Positions 35,116 to 45,520 of a DNA stretch of 64,000 nt are shown here, one piece after another. This DNA comes from a virus, in UHGV virus genome UHGV-0275551; one strand, given 5' to 3'. The notes beneath the pieces are model-generated. The model was not told the origin of the DNA, searched no databases, and saw only the letters and a program-made list of their open reading frames with translations. Each line of letters starts with the position of its first letter. The stretch's first letter is position 1. The translations under genes and the position numbers were made by a program.

Positions 35116-36188
35116 TAAGGAACCTCTAAAAATCCACTATTCAAATCATCTACAACAGTATTCAACAGGTACGCACCGTTCTGTTGCTCCTGATTAGCAT
35201 TCTGCTCTTTATCAATTTCCATCTTCTTAATCATGTACTTCAAAGGTGGTTCTTTAGGAGCTACAAAATCTCTGGGAATGCCAAACATATCATACAGTGG
35301 GGCAGCATTATAGTAAACCCACTCATGAAGAAGCTTTGTATTTAAGCCAACTACAGCACGTCCTTCGGAGAAGATATAATACGACCATTTCTCTTCACTT
35401 TCAACTACTTCATCTAAGATTACTTTAATCTCTGGAAGAATTTGTTGAAAAGCTTTCTGCCACTCATCATCTCTTAAAGTTTCTTTTAAAACTTCAATAT
35501 CAATTTTAGTGTGAAGGATTTCATCAAGCATAATCTTCTGCACAGCTTGAGCAATACCCTGAAATTTATCTTGAGCATCAAGTGCAAAAGTACATGCAAA
35601 GGATGCCATAAAAGATATACCTTCCAGTGCAGTCACTGCAAATAGACCTTTTAGAATCACTTTATGGAAGTGTAAAGGGTCTTTGTCCAGAAGCGAATCA
35701 CGCACATAACTCAGGCGATAGTTTATACCTTCATCCAGTAATTCTTCAAGAACACGATTCACAGTTTTTAATCGGTCTTGCACAGCAACATTCTGGTTAA
35801 TCTCATCTAAGATTGTTTCAGGGTTTTTAATACATTGCCTTACAATCTCTGAGTAAGTAAGAGCATGTAGGTTTTCAATCTCAGACTGCTTCATAATTGC
35901 AGTTGCATAGATGTCATCAGAGATAAAGGGTGCAAAGGCAAATGCCAAGCTCTTAGCAACTTGAGTGTCTGCTTCCCATTGCCACTTAAGAATCTCAAGC
36001 ATTACACCTGACATTGATGCTGGAACACTCTCAAAATCAAGACGTGATTGTTCAAAAGGGAACTCATCTTCTGACCAGTCTTGTGCTTTTTGTTGTTTAT
36101 AAAGTTCAAAGATTTTTGGGTAGTGCTTATTAAGTGAGTCAAAAGTTTTTCTCTCACCACCTAAAAAGATTGGGTGCTGGTTAATCAT
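35115..36188 (-). CDS. nrdB: ribonucleotide reductase class Ia small subunit
   Basis: About 357 aa; ATG at 36188 has SD AAGGAG; adjacent nrdA. Confidence 0.8.
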   Translation of the reverse strand: MINQHPIFLGGERKTFDSLNKHYPKIFELYKQQKAQDWSEDEFPFEQSRLDFESVPASMSGVMLEILKWQWEADTQVAKSLAFAFAPFISDDIYATAIMKQSEIENLHALTYSEIVRQCIKNPETILDEINQNVAVQDRLKTVNRVLEELLDEGINYRLSYVRDSLLDKDPLHFHKVILKGLFAVTALEGISFMASFACTFALDAQDKFQGIAQAVQKIMLDEILHTKIDIEVLKETLRDDEWQKAFQQILPEIKVILDEVVESEEKWSYYIFSEGRAVVGLNTKLLHEWVYYNAAPLYDMFGIPRDFVAPKEPPLKYMIKKMEIDKEQNANQEQQNGAYLLNTVVDDLNSGFLEVP

Positions 36189-36526
36189 AGTGTGATTTCT
36201 CCTTTCTTTATCATTTCTAAGGCTTGTTTTCTGTCTAAAACTTCCCAATTTTCTTTGTTAAACATCTCATAAGGTCTTGCGTAGATTTTACCATCTGCTG
36301 TAGAGATATAAGAGGCTCCAGTGACCCATAAGTCATCATTCTGCTTTATCATGATACCTGTACTGCTCACATAGTACAATGTTTTGCGGGGTTTGTAGAG
36401 CAAGTATATTGGTCGCTCATGTTTTTCTATTAAATCTTTCACGGTCTCTCCAAAGTTATTTTTAGAGGGTCTTTTACGACCCTCATAATTGTTAAAACTA
36501 AACACCACAACCCTCGCAATAAGCAT
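36185..36526 (-). CDS. hypothetical protein between nrdA and nrdB
   Basis: 113-aa ORF overlapping both neighbours. Confidence 0.4.
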   Translation of the reverse strand: MLIARVVVFSFNNYEGRKRPSKNNFGETVKDLIEKHERPIYLLYKPRKTLYYVSSTGIMIKQNDDLWVTGASYISTADGKIYARPYEMFNKENWEVLDRKQALEMIKKGEITL

Positions 36527-38732
36527 CTTGCAGTGCAGATTTACCTACACCAATGCGACTGTTAAGGTAGTACATGGTTTTCATACCTACCGAGTTGGCA
36601 TAAATCATGTACTTCAAAGCTTGAGCCAATGATACCTTCTTAGCTTTTGCGTAGTCAACATAGAAATCTGAAGAGATAGCTTGACCAGTGAACTTTTGAA
36701 CAATTGCATAACAATCAATCAGGTCAAAGGTGTCAATACCCCAAGCAATTTCATATACATACTTCAACTCTTCATAATCTGGAACAATAAACAGTACGTT
36801 ACCAGTTGCAGACTTTTTAGTTAAAATAAAGTCACGAATTGGATACAAGCCATTTGTCGTATTGGTTGCCAGTGAAGAACTCTCATTAGGCATGTAAGCT
36901 TCTAATACAGAGTTTCGGATTCCACCATTTTCTTTGATACGTTGTGCTAAGTCATCCCAATCATATCGTAGTTTTGCATCATGCTTTTCATCAATCTTCT
37001 TGTTAGCTGTCTTTGGAGGAACCCAGCCTTCAGGATACTTAGTGAACTTCATGTACTCTGGCACGCCACGTTCTTTAGCAAGTCTCAGAGAGGCTTCATG
37101 CAGATAGTAAGAGTGCATCTCTGCCAGTTCATGAAGTTTCGTTTTACCTGCTCGTGAAGAGTAGTTCACGTAGTTCTTCGCAAGGTAATGAGCCACATTT
37201 GTAAGGCCAATCCCAACAGAACGACGCTTCTGAACGTGGTTACGCATCGACGGATACGGATAATCCATAAGGTCAATAATGGAGTCAACCATTGCAAGAG
37301 CATAATAAGCAACGTCAGCGTATTCATCTTCTGAAATTCTCCCTGCAACCAAACTAGCTAGGAAGCAAAGAGCCACCTCACCATCCTCTTTCACAGCATC
37401 GTCTCTGTAAAGGTCTGTCTCTTTCTCAAAACCATACACTGGCAACACAATTTCCATACAAAGATTTGACATCTTCAATGGTTCTTTAAATGGTGTATGT
37501 GTGTTCGCATTGTTAGTGAAGAATGGATACACACGACCTGTAGCATAACGCTGTTGAATAAACAGCTTAGCAATTTCACGAGCCTTTACTCGTCTGTGCT
37601 TAACTCCTGAATGTACTGCGTGACCAACTGCCATAGCAAACTCGTCAGCAGATGCTGTGTAGAACATGTCATAGAGTTTTGGTGCATCTTTGTAAGAGAA
37701 TAGCAACCAATCCGTATCATACTGAACACACTGCCAGAAATAATCGTTTGTGCCGAATGAGTAGTCCATCTCATTAATACGTTTAGAAGGAACCGTTGTA
37801 GGGTGCTTCAAACGCAGTAAGTCCTCAATCTGTGGGTCTAGAGCAGTGTAGAAGTTATTAGCTGAACCACCACGGCTCTTCTGTTTATTTGCCTCTACAG
37901 ATGAACGTACAAGCTTGTAATAAGGTAGCTTACCCATGTGCTCAATCGTGTTTTGACGGATACCATCGCCAATAGTGCGAGTCTCCATCAGCATCCCGAT
38001 ACCAGCTTGCTTTGTAGTCATGTCATAAGCAACCTTTGCAGCAATACCGAGAGATTCGGCAGTATCATTTGCCTTAATCAAACAGCATGACGCATAGCCC
38101 GATTTAGTTGCTCTTAACCCGTTTAAATAGGGCGTAGGAGCGTTAATCTTCAGGTCAGATAGGTAAGTGTACAGCTTGATAACATCTTGCAGTCTACGGT
38201 GCTTTGGTTGCTTCTCAAAGGCTTTCATAGCCATACCCATGAACATAAATTGTGGTGACTCAAACAGTCTTCCCGTTTTAATATCACGGATACCGTACTT
38301 GTCTCTGAACTGTTTCAAGACTGCATAACCGTAAGAGATATCTTTTGAGTGCACGATGTAACCTTGCAGGTATTCAAGCTCTTCCTGTGAATAATCCATC
38401 TTCTCCCAAAGTCCTGCTCTCTCCATATTTTTAACGAAGGTAATCAGCGTAGGAACCTTAGTAAAGCCTCCAAAGGCTTCTTTGTAGATAATACCCAAAA
38501 GCAGTCGTCCAGCCATATCTGAGTACTCTTGAGTTTGTTTATCAACACAAACATCAATCATGGCTTGGTGCATCTCTTTTGTAGTGCAACCCTCATAGAC
38601 ACGTTTCATAGCTTCCATAGTGACTTCTGACCAGATAATTCCACGTTTATCTGCCCATGATGCCCACTTATTCAGTCTTTCTGGGTCAAAGCTTACTACT
38701 GTACCATTTGATTTTTTAATTGTCTTAATCAT
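36498..38732 (-). CDS. nrdA: ribonucleotide reductase class Ia large subunit
   Basis: 744 aa; N-terminal ATP-cone-like start; C-terminal CEGCGV tail. Confidence 0.85.
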   Translation of the reverse strand: MIKTIKKSNGTVVSFDPERLNKWASWADKRGIIWSEVTMEAMKRVYEGCTTKEMHQAMIDVCVDKQTQEYSDMAGRLLLGIIYKEAFGGFTKVPTLITFVKNMERAGLWEKMDYSQEELEYLQGYIVHSKDISYGYAVLKQFRDKYGIRDIKTGRLFESPQFMFMGMAMKAFEKQPKHRRLQDVIKLYTYLSDLKINAPTPYLNGLRATKSGYASCCLIKANDTAESLGIAAKVAYDMTTKQAGIGMLMETRTIGDGIRQNTIEHMGKLPYYKLVRSSVEANKQKSRGGSANNFYTALDPQIEDLLRLKHPTTVPSKRINEMDYSFGTNDYFWQCVQYDTDWLLFSYKDAPKLYDMFYTASADEFAMAVGHAVHSGVKHRRVKAREIAKLFIQQRYATGRVYPFFTNNANTHTPFKEPLKMSNLCMEIVLPVYGFEKETDLYRDDAVKEDGEVALCFLASLVAGRISEDEYADVAYYALAMVDSIIDLMDYPYPSMRNHVQKRRSVGIGLTNVAHYLAKNYVNYSSRAGKTKLHELAEMHSYYLHEASLRLAKERGVPEYMKFTKYPEGWVPPKTANKKIDEKHDAKLRYDWDDLAQRIKENGGIRNSVLEAYMPNESSSLATNTTNGLYPIRDFILTKKSATGNVLFIVPDYEELKYVYEIAWGIDTFDLIDCYAIVQKFTGQAISSDFYVDYAKAKKVSLAQALKYMIYANSVGMKTMYYLNSRIGVGKSALQDAYCEGCGV

Positions 38733-38750
38733 TTTCGAATCCTACAGATG

Positions 38751-38775
38751 AAAAGAGCCTCCGAAGAGGCTCCCT
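38751..38775 (-). terminator. rho-independent terminator
   Basis: Minus-strand GAGCCUC-uucg-GAGGCUC followed by UUUUCAUCUG. Confidence 0.6.
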
Positions 38776-38778
38776 AGT

Positions 38779-39114
38779 TTAAATCTTGAAAATTTGCTCA
38801 TTCTGCCACATATCGTAAAACTTATCACTTACTTTTGTGATAGACGAAGCGTGCATACAATTTAAGAGCCATGATGGAGTCTTGCTATCCATGATTATTT
38901 TGAGCTTTTGTGCGACGTTGCCATCCATATCTGAAACAACATAATTACCGCGTATTTTACATACAACTTTTCCAAACAAGATTGCACTTCTTCCTCTTCG
39001 GTCATCACAGTACATAACTGTGTCTCCGTGTTTAACGTCCCGTCCGAGACTGTCAACACCTAATTTAGCACCAGAGATAATGGCATCGTAATCTAACTTC
39101 TTTGCTTTAAACAC
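38779..39114 (-). CDS. hypothetical protein (apparent GTG start)
   Basis: 111-aa ORF; GTG with SD GGAG 8 nt upstream; no in-frame ATG near. Confidence 0.45.
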   Translation of the reverse strand: MFKAKKLDYDAIISGAKLGVDSLGRDVKHGDTVMYCDDRRGRSAILFGKVVCKIRGNYVVSDMDGNVAQKLKIIMDSKTPSWLLNCMHASSITKVSDKFYDMWQNEQIFKI

Positions 39115-39430
39115 GGTATTTCTCCAAGTTTCTTTTTAGATATAACCAACCGTAGTCAGTCCTTTCTACACCCATAAAAAGTGGAGCCATCACAACTTTA
39201 CCAAAAGTATTCCTGTGTTGGCAGATTTCAAAAGAATACTCTTTCTCAATGTCAATCCCGTATTTGTACAGGACTGCTTTTAAAACTTGTTCGTTATCCA
39301 GAAGTGTATCTGGAGTCTCACCATACTTTTCAAGTAACGGGTCATTCATAAACACCGTCATAGAAATATTGTAGTTTGAGAAGTGGCTCTTCTGAGCCAC
39401 ACCCTCTTTATTAATGTTCTGTGAATCCAT
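39107..39430 (-). CDS. hypothetical protein
   Basis: Track start TTG 39439; ATG at 39430. Confidence 0.5.
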   Translation of the reverse strand: MDSQNINKEGVAQKSHFSNYNISMTVFMNDPLLEKYGETPDTLLDNEQVLKAVLYKYGIDIEKEYSFEICQHRNTFGKVVMAPLFMGVERTDYGWLYLKRNLEKYRV

Positions 39431-40166
39431 TATAACCAACCCCTTTTAACCAGCACTTCAGGTTATTAGCATCATAATTCAGTTTCGGGTATGAGGTTAC
39501 ATGGAACTGCTCACCATCATAGTAGACAATATCTGCAATCCATAGTCCATTCTCTTTACAGAAGTCTTTATCTGCTTTAGAGGTAATTGGATTAACTTCT
39601 ACAAAACCATCTACACCCAAATCCTTTAAGCTACATACAATACCTTTGCAGATAACGCATGTCTCAGATACTACCACAAAAAGTTCTTGGCTTTCAAGCT
39701 CTACAATGTATTCACCAAGCTGTACTTTAGGGAGATTTGATTGCTTCATAATCTTCCCATCGGCTGCACGGACAATCGCATACCACTCTTTACCATCAAC
39801 CACTGACATTCGAATAATACACTCTTGACCAGTACGCTTTTCAATGTCTGCAAGACGTTTTAAAGCTTCTTCATAGTCATCTGTGTACTTCAGGTCATTA
39901 TTATGGCAAACAGCTTCCATAGCACCGTTGTGGTCATGTTGTGACAGGTAAATCAAACCGTCAAGAACATATTGCAAATCTGCCTGAGCATCCAATGTCT
40001 CAATGGGGTCTTTCTCTTCAATTGCTTTTACAAGCTCTTTTGCTTCTTCAAGCATACACAGAGATTGAGGTTTTAAAGATTCCCAATACTCATTACTGTA
40101 AGGTTGCTTTTGAGTGTTTCCACAACGAAGGTTCCAGTTTTTTACTGATTCTCTTGAGTTAAACAT
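39411..40166 (-). CDS. hypothetical protein; N-terminal region resembles MazG-type NTP pyrophosphohydrolase
   Basis: 251-aa ORF; LEEAKELVKAIEEKD...ADLQYVLDGL pattern; function tentative. Confidence 0.45.
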   Translation of the reverse strand: MFNSRESVKNWNLRCGNTQKQPYSNEYWESLKPQSLCMLEEAKELVKAIEEKDPIETLDAQADLQYVLDGLIYLSQHDHNGAMEAVCHNNDLKYTDDYEEALKRLADIEKRTGQECIIRMSVVDGKEWYAIVRAADGKIMKQSNLPKVQLGEYIVELESQELFVVVSETCVICKGIVCSLKDLGVDGFVEVNPITSKADKDFCKENGLWIADIVYYDGEQFHVTSYPKLNYDANNLKCWLKGVGYNGFTEH

Positions 40167-40390
40167 TCGGACTCCTTAAAATATCTGTTAACTTTTAGCT
40201 CTCGTGTTTCAATATATTCTAGATGCTCACGTAGCTCTTGGCGTTTAAGCATTAGGTGCTGCATTTGTGATTCAACAGCTTCAACTTCTTTAATTATTGA
40301 TTCTCTAGCATTTGCAAGAATGCGCTCAAGTTCTTCAATCTTACTGTCAACTTTTGCTACATGATTCACAGCTTTGCTTTTGTTAAACAT
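40142..40390 (-). CDS. hypothetical coiled-coil protein
   Basis: Track start TTG 40405; ATG 40390 with SD GAGAGGG. Confidence 0.45.
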   Translation of the reverse strand: MFNKSKAVNHVAKVDSKIEELERILANARESIIKEVEAVESQMQHLMLKRQELREHLEYIETRELKVNRYFKESECLTQENQ

Positions 40391-40411
40391 TTTATTCCCT
40401 CTCAATAGTTA

Positions 40412-40909
40412 TCAAGCACAATTTGCTTTCATTACCTTATGGATTCTTTTTTCAGCATCTTCATAAGTTTCTTTAGTAATAAACTTAATTGCTGCAATAT
40501 TGGCATTGTAGAAGAGTCTGAGCTTCGAGTCAATCCTTTTTGTCATTACATCGAATTTATGTTGAAGGTTTGCTTCACCATAGACTAGGCCACCTTTTGT
40601 GTAGTAGGTCTGAATGATGTAAAAGTCAAAAAATTCTTTTCCAAAGCTCTCAATATCTTTTTTAATATACTCAGAAGAAGTCTCGTAAGTCATCCAATCA
40701 CTCTCCTTAGTGACTACCTTCTTCCGAGTCTTCCCAGCAACTTTTCTTTTTGTCACACTGTTAAGCTGTTTCTTTCCGATATAATATTGTCCAGTCTTCT
40801 TACAGTGCACTAAATAGACAAAGCCAAAATGTTTAGTGGGGTCAACTTCCCCACATAAAGATACCCAATGACCGTAGGTGGGGCAATTGCCAAATCCTTT
40901 AATCTTCAT
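40412..40909 (-). CDS. GIY-YIG domain endonuclease-like protein
   Basis: GFVYLVHCKKTGQYYIGKK matches GIY-(10 aa)-YIG. Confidence 0.55.
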   Translation of the reverse strand: MKIKGFGNCPTYGHWVSLCGEVDPTKHFGFVYLVHCKKTGQYYIGKKQLNSVTKRKVAGKTRKKVVTKESDWMTYETSSEYIKKDIESFGKEFFDFYIIQTYYTKGGLVYGEANLQHKFDVMTKRIDSKLRLFYNANIAAIKFITKETYEDAEKRIHKVMKANCA

Positions 40910-41939
40910 TCATACACGGCTCCCAATTATATTTCTTGAAAGAGAAATTGTCTTTTGGATTTCTCTCTTGATATGCTATCCAGAAATGCTGTTCCATTAA
41001 CTCTAATGGTGTTTTGGTAACAGTCTGTCCATCCCATGATACATAGGTATAAGAATCTTTTTTAGCATAAAGTTCATAGATAGCGTCAAGACACTCTTTG
41101 TAGGTCTCTTTACCCTCTAAAGCATTCATCACAGCTACTTTACCAGCACCTTTTAGGCCGAAGTAGTTGTCTGCATTATCTCCAGCAACAGCCTGATAAC
41201 ACAAGAATTTAAAACCTACGCCAACTGTTTTTGCAGCTTTTGGTTTTGATTTGATAGGGCAATCCCAGATATCACCAACATTATTGTCAGCAATAAAAAT
41301 TAGTGGTGACTTTTCATAAGTCATATCAATACAATAAGTTCCTTCAGCTTGTCGAAGGTCTTTGTCAATACTCATAAGAGCAGCTTTCTTACCCATCTTT
41401 TCAGCTTTAGCGATTACGATTGAATCGGCTTCGAAGCCCCCCTTTAAGAGCTTAAACTCTGGTCTTGACAGAAGGTATTCACGACAAGCAACTAAGTGTG
41501 TTGGTGTGACAGCATCTTTACGGTTGCCTTGATATTGGTGCTCAAGACCTTTAACGTCTTTATGTTTATGCACACCTTTCTCTGTTAAATAGCCTACCCA
41601 AGTTCTCTCTTTCCCAACAACCTTAAGCCATTCCTGAAGCACCTGTTGAGTAGCCATGATAGCTTCTTTTTCACTCTTAGCTTCTTTCCAAGTCTGTCTT
41701 TCCCATTCATCTTCATCAAATGTCAGGCCAAGCTCTTCCACAAGGATTCTCTGGTCTGCTAACCATCTTGCAGCATCTTTCGCATTATCAAATGGTTCAG
41801 ATTCTTCTGCTGTGAGTTTATTAACGTATTTATACTTTGCTTTCTCAACTACACAAGCACCTTTATAGGCAATGCTGTCAGAGTCAATAAAGACATGTGT
41901 AACTGAATCGGGAAGCTTTGTTAATGTGTACTTCTCCAT
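40899..41939 (-). CDS. 5'-3' exonuclease / flap endonuclease
   Basis: N-terminal FIDSDSIAYKGA and H3TH-like GVGFKF...AGDNADNYFGLKGAG. Confidence 0.7.
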   Translation of the reverse strand: MEKYTLTKLPDSVTHVFIDSDSIAYKGACVVEKAKYKYVNKLTAEESEPFDNAKDAARWLADQRILVEELGLTFDEDEWERQTWKEAKSEKEAIMATQQVLQEWLKVVGKERTWVGYLTEKGVHKHKDVKGLEHQYQGNRKDAVTPTHLVACREYLLSRPEFKLLKGGFEADSIVIAKAEKMGKKAALMSIDKDLRQAEGTYCIDMTYEKSPLIFIADNNVGDIWDCPIKSKPKAAKTVGVGFKFLCYQAVAGDNADNYFGLKGAGKVAVMNALEGKETYKECLDAIYELYAKKDSYTYVSWDGQTVTKTPLELMEQHFWIAYQERNPKDNFSFKKYNWEPCMNED

Positions 41940-41944
41940 TATGG

Positions 41945-41990
41945 CTCTCCATATGAAAAAGCCCCATACTAAGTACAGGGCTTTAAAGTA
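41945..41990 (-). terminator. intrinsic terminator after the SSB-like gene
   Basis: Minus-strand AGCCC-uguacuuaguaug-GGGCU followed by UUUUCAUAUGG. Confidence 0.5.
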
Positions 41991-42001
41991 ACTTTTAGAG
42001 A

Positions 42002-42859
42002 TTAGTCTTCTGTATCGAAGTCTTCATCTTCTTCGTCATCTGGGTCTGGCAAGTCTTCATCGTCACCATCATCAGAATCATTCGAAGATTTATGGTCTGT
42101 TGCGTCTTCTTCAGTGATTTCACCGTTATCTTCGACACCATCAAGACCAAGCATAGCCAGTTCATCTTCATCCAGTTCAGGTTCACCGTTAGCACCGTTA
42201 CCACCAGTGTAAGGTACAAGAGTATCAATGATAAACTGTTCCTGAATAGGCTTTGTCAAGACATTGTTCTCAAAAGTGTAGAAGTGAGTAGAAAGAATCA
42301 CACTACCAAAAGAACCGTTACCAACTGCAATATCTGGATGAATTACATCATAGTTCTTATCATCTTCATGTTTGTCAGATGCTTGAGCTTTGATTTTCTT
42401 CATCGGCTGCTTAACAGCTACACGCTTACCATTTACTTCTTCAATCAGCATTACAGGGAATGACTGTTTAGCTGTCCATACAGCACCATCTTTATAAGCT
42501 GCTGCACGACTTACTTTCAAGATGTAGTAAGTGTCTGCTTCAAATGGTGGTTTACAACCAAACTTCTCTTCGAAGTCGTCTGCATCAACCGCTTCAGTAG
42601 TAACTTTATCCCAACCTTCTGGGTTTTTCTTAGACTTAGTAAACTCTTTAAACAGCTTGTTACCATCTTCTGCCAGAATTGATACGCTATAGTTACAGTC
42701 TTTTCCTGGGAATTTCTTATCAATAGATTTACCTTTTCCCGGACGTGGTGAAGTGTTCAGGTAATAAAACCAGACATCTTTCAGCAGGTAACGCAGAGTT
42801 TGGCGTTCAGTACCGTTGTACTTCTCTACCGGAGCTTTCATTTTAACAACTTTAGACAT
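42002..42859 (-). CDS. putative single-stranded DNA-binding protein with acidic C-terminal tail
   Basis: 285 aa; long Asp/Glu-rich C-terminus ending DFDTED; sits in the replication module. Confidence 0.55.
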   Translation of the reverse strand: MSKVVKMKAPVEKYNGTERQTLRYLLKDVWFYYLNTSPRPGKGKSIDKKFPGKDCNYSVSILAEDGNKLFKEFTKSKKNPEGWDKVTTEAVDADDFEEKFGCKPPFEADTYYILKVSRAAAYKDGAVWTAKQSFPVMLIEEVNGKRVAVKQPMKKIKAQASDKHEDDKNYDVIHPDIAVGNGSFGSVILSTHFYTFENNVLTKPIQEQFIIDTLVPYTGGNGANGEPELDEDELAMLGLDGVEDNGEITEEDATDHKSSNDSDDGDDEDLPDPDDEEDEDFDTED

Positions 42860-42931
42860 TATTTAAACCTCTATCTCAATTTATGAAGAGTACCAATTCT
42901 AGTTTGTTGATACTCTATTGTCAAATACTAA

Positions 42932-43081
42932 TTACTGGAAGTTGTGCTTATCTTTAGAAGCTGCTTTACGTGCAGTTTTTCCAGTTCTTACACGTTTTTC
43001 TTCATAGTATTTTGCTGGTTTTCCAGCAGTGGCTTTTAAGGAATCCCCAAAAACTTTTTCAAATGCTTTAGAGTGTTTCAT
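42932..43081 (-). CDS. small Lys-rich protein (49 aa, below the track cutoff)
   Basis: ATG overlaps the upstream stop (ATGA); SD GGAG. Confidence 0.3.
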   Translation of the reverse strand: MKHSKAFEKVFGDSLKATAGKPAKYYEEKRVRTGKTARKAASKDKHNFQ

Positions 43082-43371
43082 GATATTCTCCGATATACTT
43101 GATATTCAAACACATTTTCTTTCATTATAAACAGCCAACCAATATTATGCTGAGGTATAGTAATAGTGACTGTAATAATACTGTGATGGAAGTTTTCTTC
43201 TACCTCAACGCCTCCATCACATTTCATGTAGAGCATTCTATAGAACCTATCAATCTTTGTCAAACACTCTTCCTGAAATTTATTTAAACTTTTTTCTTCA
43301 AAGAAGGGTGTGAACCCCTCTCTTTTATAACTATCACTCAGTTTCGAACGGGCAGTCATCTGCATCCTCAC
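43078..43371 (-). CDS. hypothetical protein
   Basis: 97-aa ORF overlapping the 3' end of the primase-helicase gene. Confidence 0.35.
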   Translation of the reverse strand: MRMQMTARSKLSDSYKREGFTPFFEEKSLNKFQEECLTKIDRFYRMLYMKCDGGVEVEENFHHSIITVTITIPQHNIGWLFIMKENVFEYQVYRRIS

Positions 43372-45319
43372 TTAATACAGGTGGAATCGTTGAGCTTTGA
43401 CGCTGCTCTTCAGTATAGACTTCACCAGTCTCACGGTCAAACACTTCATCCTCATAATGTGGCAAAGAGTCATCGTAATGGTCTTCAGCTTCACCAATAC
43501 CAAACTGCTGGCGAATGTTTTCTGCTGCACCATCAATGTCAACTCCACAACCAGATGCTTTGATGAGACGTCCTGTATCTGGATTGTACCAAGTATGACC
43601 AGCAATACCAGTTGACTTACCATGCCGACGGCACTTAGTTAACTTGATTTTTGTCAAGTTTTTCTTAACAGGGTCTGGGTCAACCTTGTTACGCATTAAC
43701 AGAATGTTGTTCATAGAAATCTGGAAATACGCACCAGAGCCTTTGATATCCTCTTCAGAGATATCTCCACCTTCAGAGTTGGCTTTCTGACCCCCTGCGC
43801 TCTTACGAACGTGACAGACGTTCACCTGTGCATACTGGTAGCGTTTGCAACGGCGCAATAGTTCAGACAAAACTTCCTCTTCATCCGTATCTGAACGTGA
43901 CAGAGCCAACGTAATAGGGTCAAGAATAATAATCTTACAGTCTAAACTGTTAACAAGATAGTCAACAAATTCCAGCAGGTTGTCTTGGTCAATCGCCCCT
44001 TGATGGTCTACGATGTGGATACGACGACCTTTAGATAGTTCTGCGTGTGCTTCCTTTAATTCATCCCAATCACGTTCGTCATAAGGAATCTCAGAAATCT
44101 GTTTGCTCAGGTGAATTGCACAGAGCATCTCCATCAACTCTTCATAGGTATCTTCTACCGGAATTACACCAATATTGTAATCGGTTTCCTTCCAAGCTGA
44201 ATAAATCATCTCACGAGTGTAAGCTGATTTACCTACTGAAGATGGTGCTGCCAGAGTTGTAATCTCTCCTAAACCATAACCACCGTAAGTTAGTCTGTTC
44301 AAATCCCCGAAAGATTCTGGGAAAGGAATCAAAGGAATCTGACCACGATTCTTCATTGCCTCAAAACCATCTGCAAAGTTCTTGATACCAGCAGGGCAAT
44401 AACGAGGTGCGTTGTAGATACGCTGCTTAAATCCTTCCAGAACTGTATCTTTCTCTTTATAGAACTTTGTCCACCATTCGTTAAGGTCTTTTACACCTTC
44501 TGGATACTGGAATAAACGAACCTTCTCAATAGGTAGGATACCAGCAGCCTCTTTGGTAGCTTTAGCACCTGCTTCATCGTTATCAAAGCACAAGTAAATT
44601 TCATCAAATGATGTAATGTACTGATAGTTATCTTTGATAGACTTAATGTTTGCACCTGACGGAACAGATACGTGACAGTAATTCTTACGACGAGACTTAT
44701 CTTTAATCGCCAAAGAAGTCATGTAGATTGCTGTCGCACATTCCATCTCACCTTCCCAGATGAATAGACGGTTACCACCTTCTGGAGCAATCCATGAGCC
44801 GAACATTGCCAGTTCACCTTTAATGTCTCCAACACCACCAGAAAAGTCTTTTAGCTTACCACGTAGGTGCTCTTTTGGATGGTCTTCTGGGTAACGGTGA
44901 CGAACACGGTAGCCAACATGTTCTAGCTTACCATCTTCATTACGTTTGTAAGTTGGATAGAAGTGCGCATCAATTTCACCGTCACTGTCAATGTCAACCT
45001 TGATACCTAAGCGTTCAAGGACTTTTGCAGGAATCTTCCTGTCTTTCAAGTCCATTGCTTCTAGGTTTTCTTTTACATCGTCTAAATCCATTCCACGGAA
45101 AGTACGGTTTTTATTGTCTGAACCAGTAGAATAAGTGCTCACGATTTGTCCTTTATCAAAATCCCACTCTGGGAAACCTTTGTTACAACTAAAGCAAGTC
45201 ATCGAATAAGAATCATCGTCATGATGATAGATTGAACCAGCATCTGATGAACCACAACGTGGACATGCACAATGACCAATAAACTGACCAACCTCTTTCA
45301 ATTTACGACCTTTAGACAT
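43334..45319 (-). CDS. DNA primase/helicase (T7 gp4-like)
   Basis: N-terminal zinc ribbon CPRCGSSDAG...CFSCNKGF; C-terminal Walker A PSSVGKS; ATG 45319 with SD AAGAGG. Confidence 0.85.
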   Translation of the reverse strand: MSKGRKLKEVGQFIGHCACPRCGSSDAGSIYHHDDDSYSMTCFSCNKGFPEWDFDKGQIVSTYSTGSDNKNRTFRGMDLDDVKENLEAMDLKDRKIPAKVLERLGIKVDIDSDGEIDAHFYPTYKRNEDGKLEHVGYRVRHRYPEDHPKEHLRGKLKDFSGGVGDIKGELAMFGSWIAPEGGNRLFIWEGEMECATAIYMTSLAIKDKSRRKNYCHVSVPSGANIKSIKDNYQYITSFDEIYLCFDNDEAGAKATKEAAGILPIEKVRLFQYPEGVKDLNEWWTKFYKEKDTVLEGFKQRIYNAPRYCPAGIKNFADGFEAMKNRGQIPLIPFPESFGDLNRLTYGGYGLGEITTLAAPSSVGKSAYTREMIYSAWKETDYNIGVIPVEDTYEELMEMLCAIHLSKQISEIPYDERDWDELKEAHAELSKGRRIHIVDHQGAIDQDNLLEFVDYLVNSLDCKIIILDPITLALSRSDTDEEEVLSELLRRCKRYQYAQVNVCHVRKSAGGQKANSEGGDISEEDIKGSGAYFQISMNNILLMRNKVDPDPVKKNLTKIKLTKCRRHGKSTGIAGHTWYNPDTGRLIKASGCGVDIDGAAENIRQQFGIGEAEDHYDDSLPHYEDEVFDRETGEVYTEEQRQSSTIPPVLSEDADDCPFETE

Positions 45320-45512
45320 TAGCACCTCTTCGTTGTAGTTCTGCCTTCAATCCATTTTCAATCTTGTCCAGTTCATGAATTTCATCTGCAATCTCTTTCC
45401 TTCGTGATTCAACTCTCTTAAGACGTTCAATCATTACCTCATTGGAAAGAGATGAGAGTTCCACTAAACGATGGTCAATAACTTTAAAATTGTCTTTTAC
45501 TCTCATCTTCAT
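45312..45512 (-). CDS. hypothetical coiled-coil protein
   Basis: 66-aa ORF. Confidence 0.45.
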   Translation of the reverse strand: MKMRVKDNFKVIDHRLVELSSLSNEVMIERLKRVESRRKEIADEIHELDKIENGLKAELQRRGANV

Positions 45513-45520
45513 TCTCTCTT

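Noticed and set aside
36185-36526. GIY-YIG homing endonuclease between nrdA and nrdB
   Set aside because: The IY...YYVSSTG segment is only a loose resemblance and the 113-aa protein lacks the Arg/His/Glu catalytic pattern; left as hypothetical
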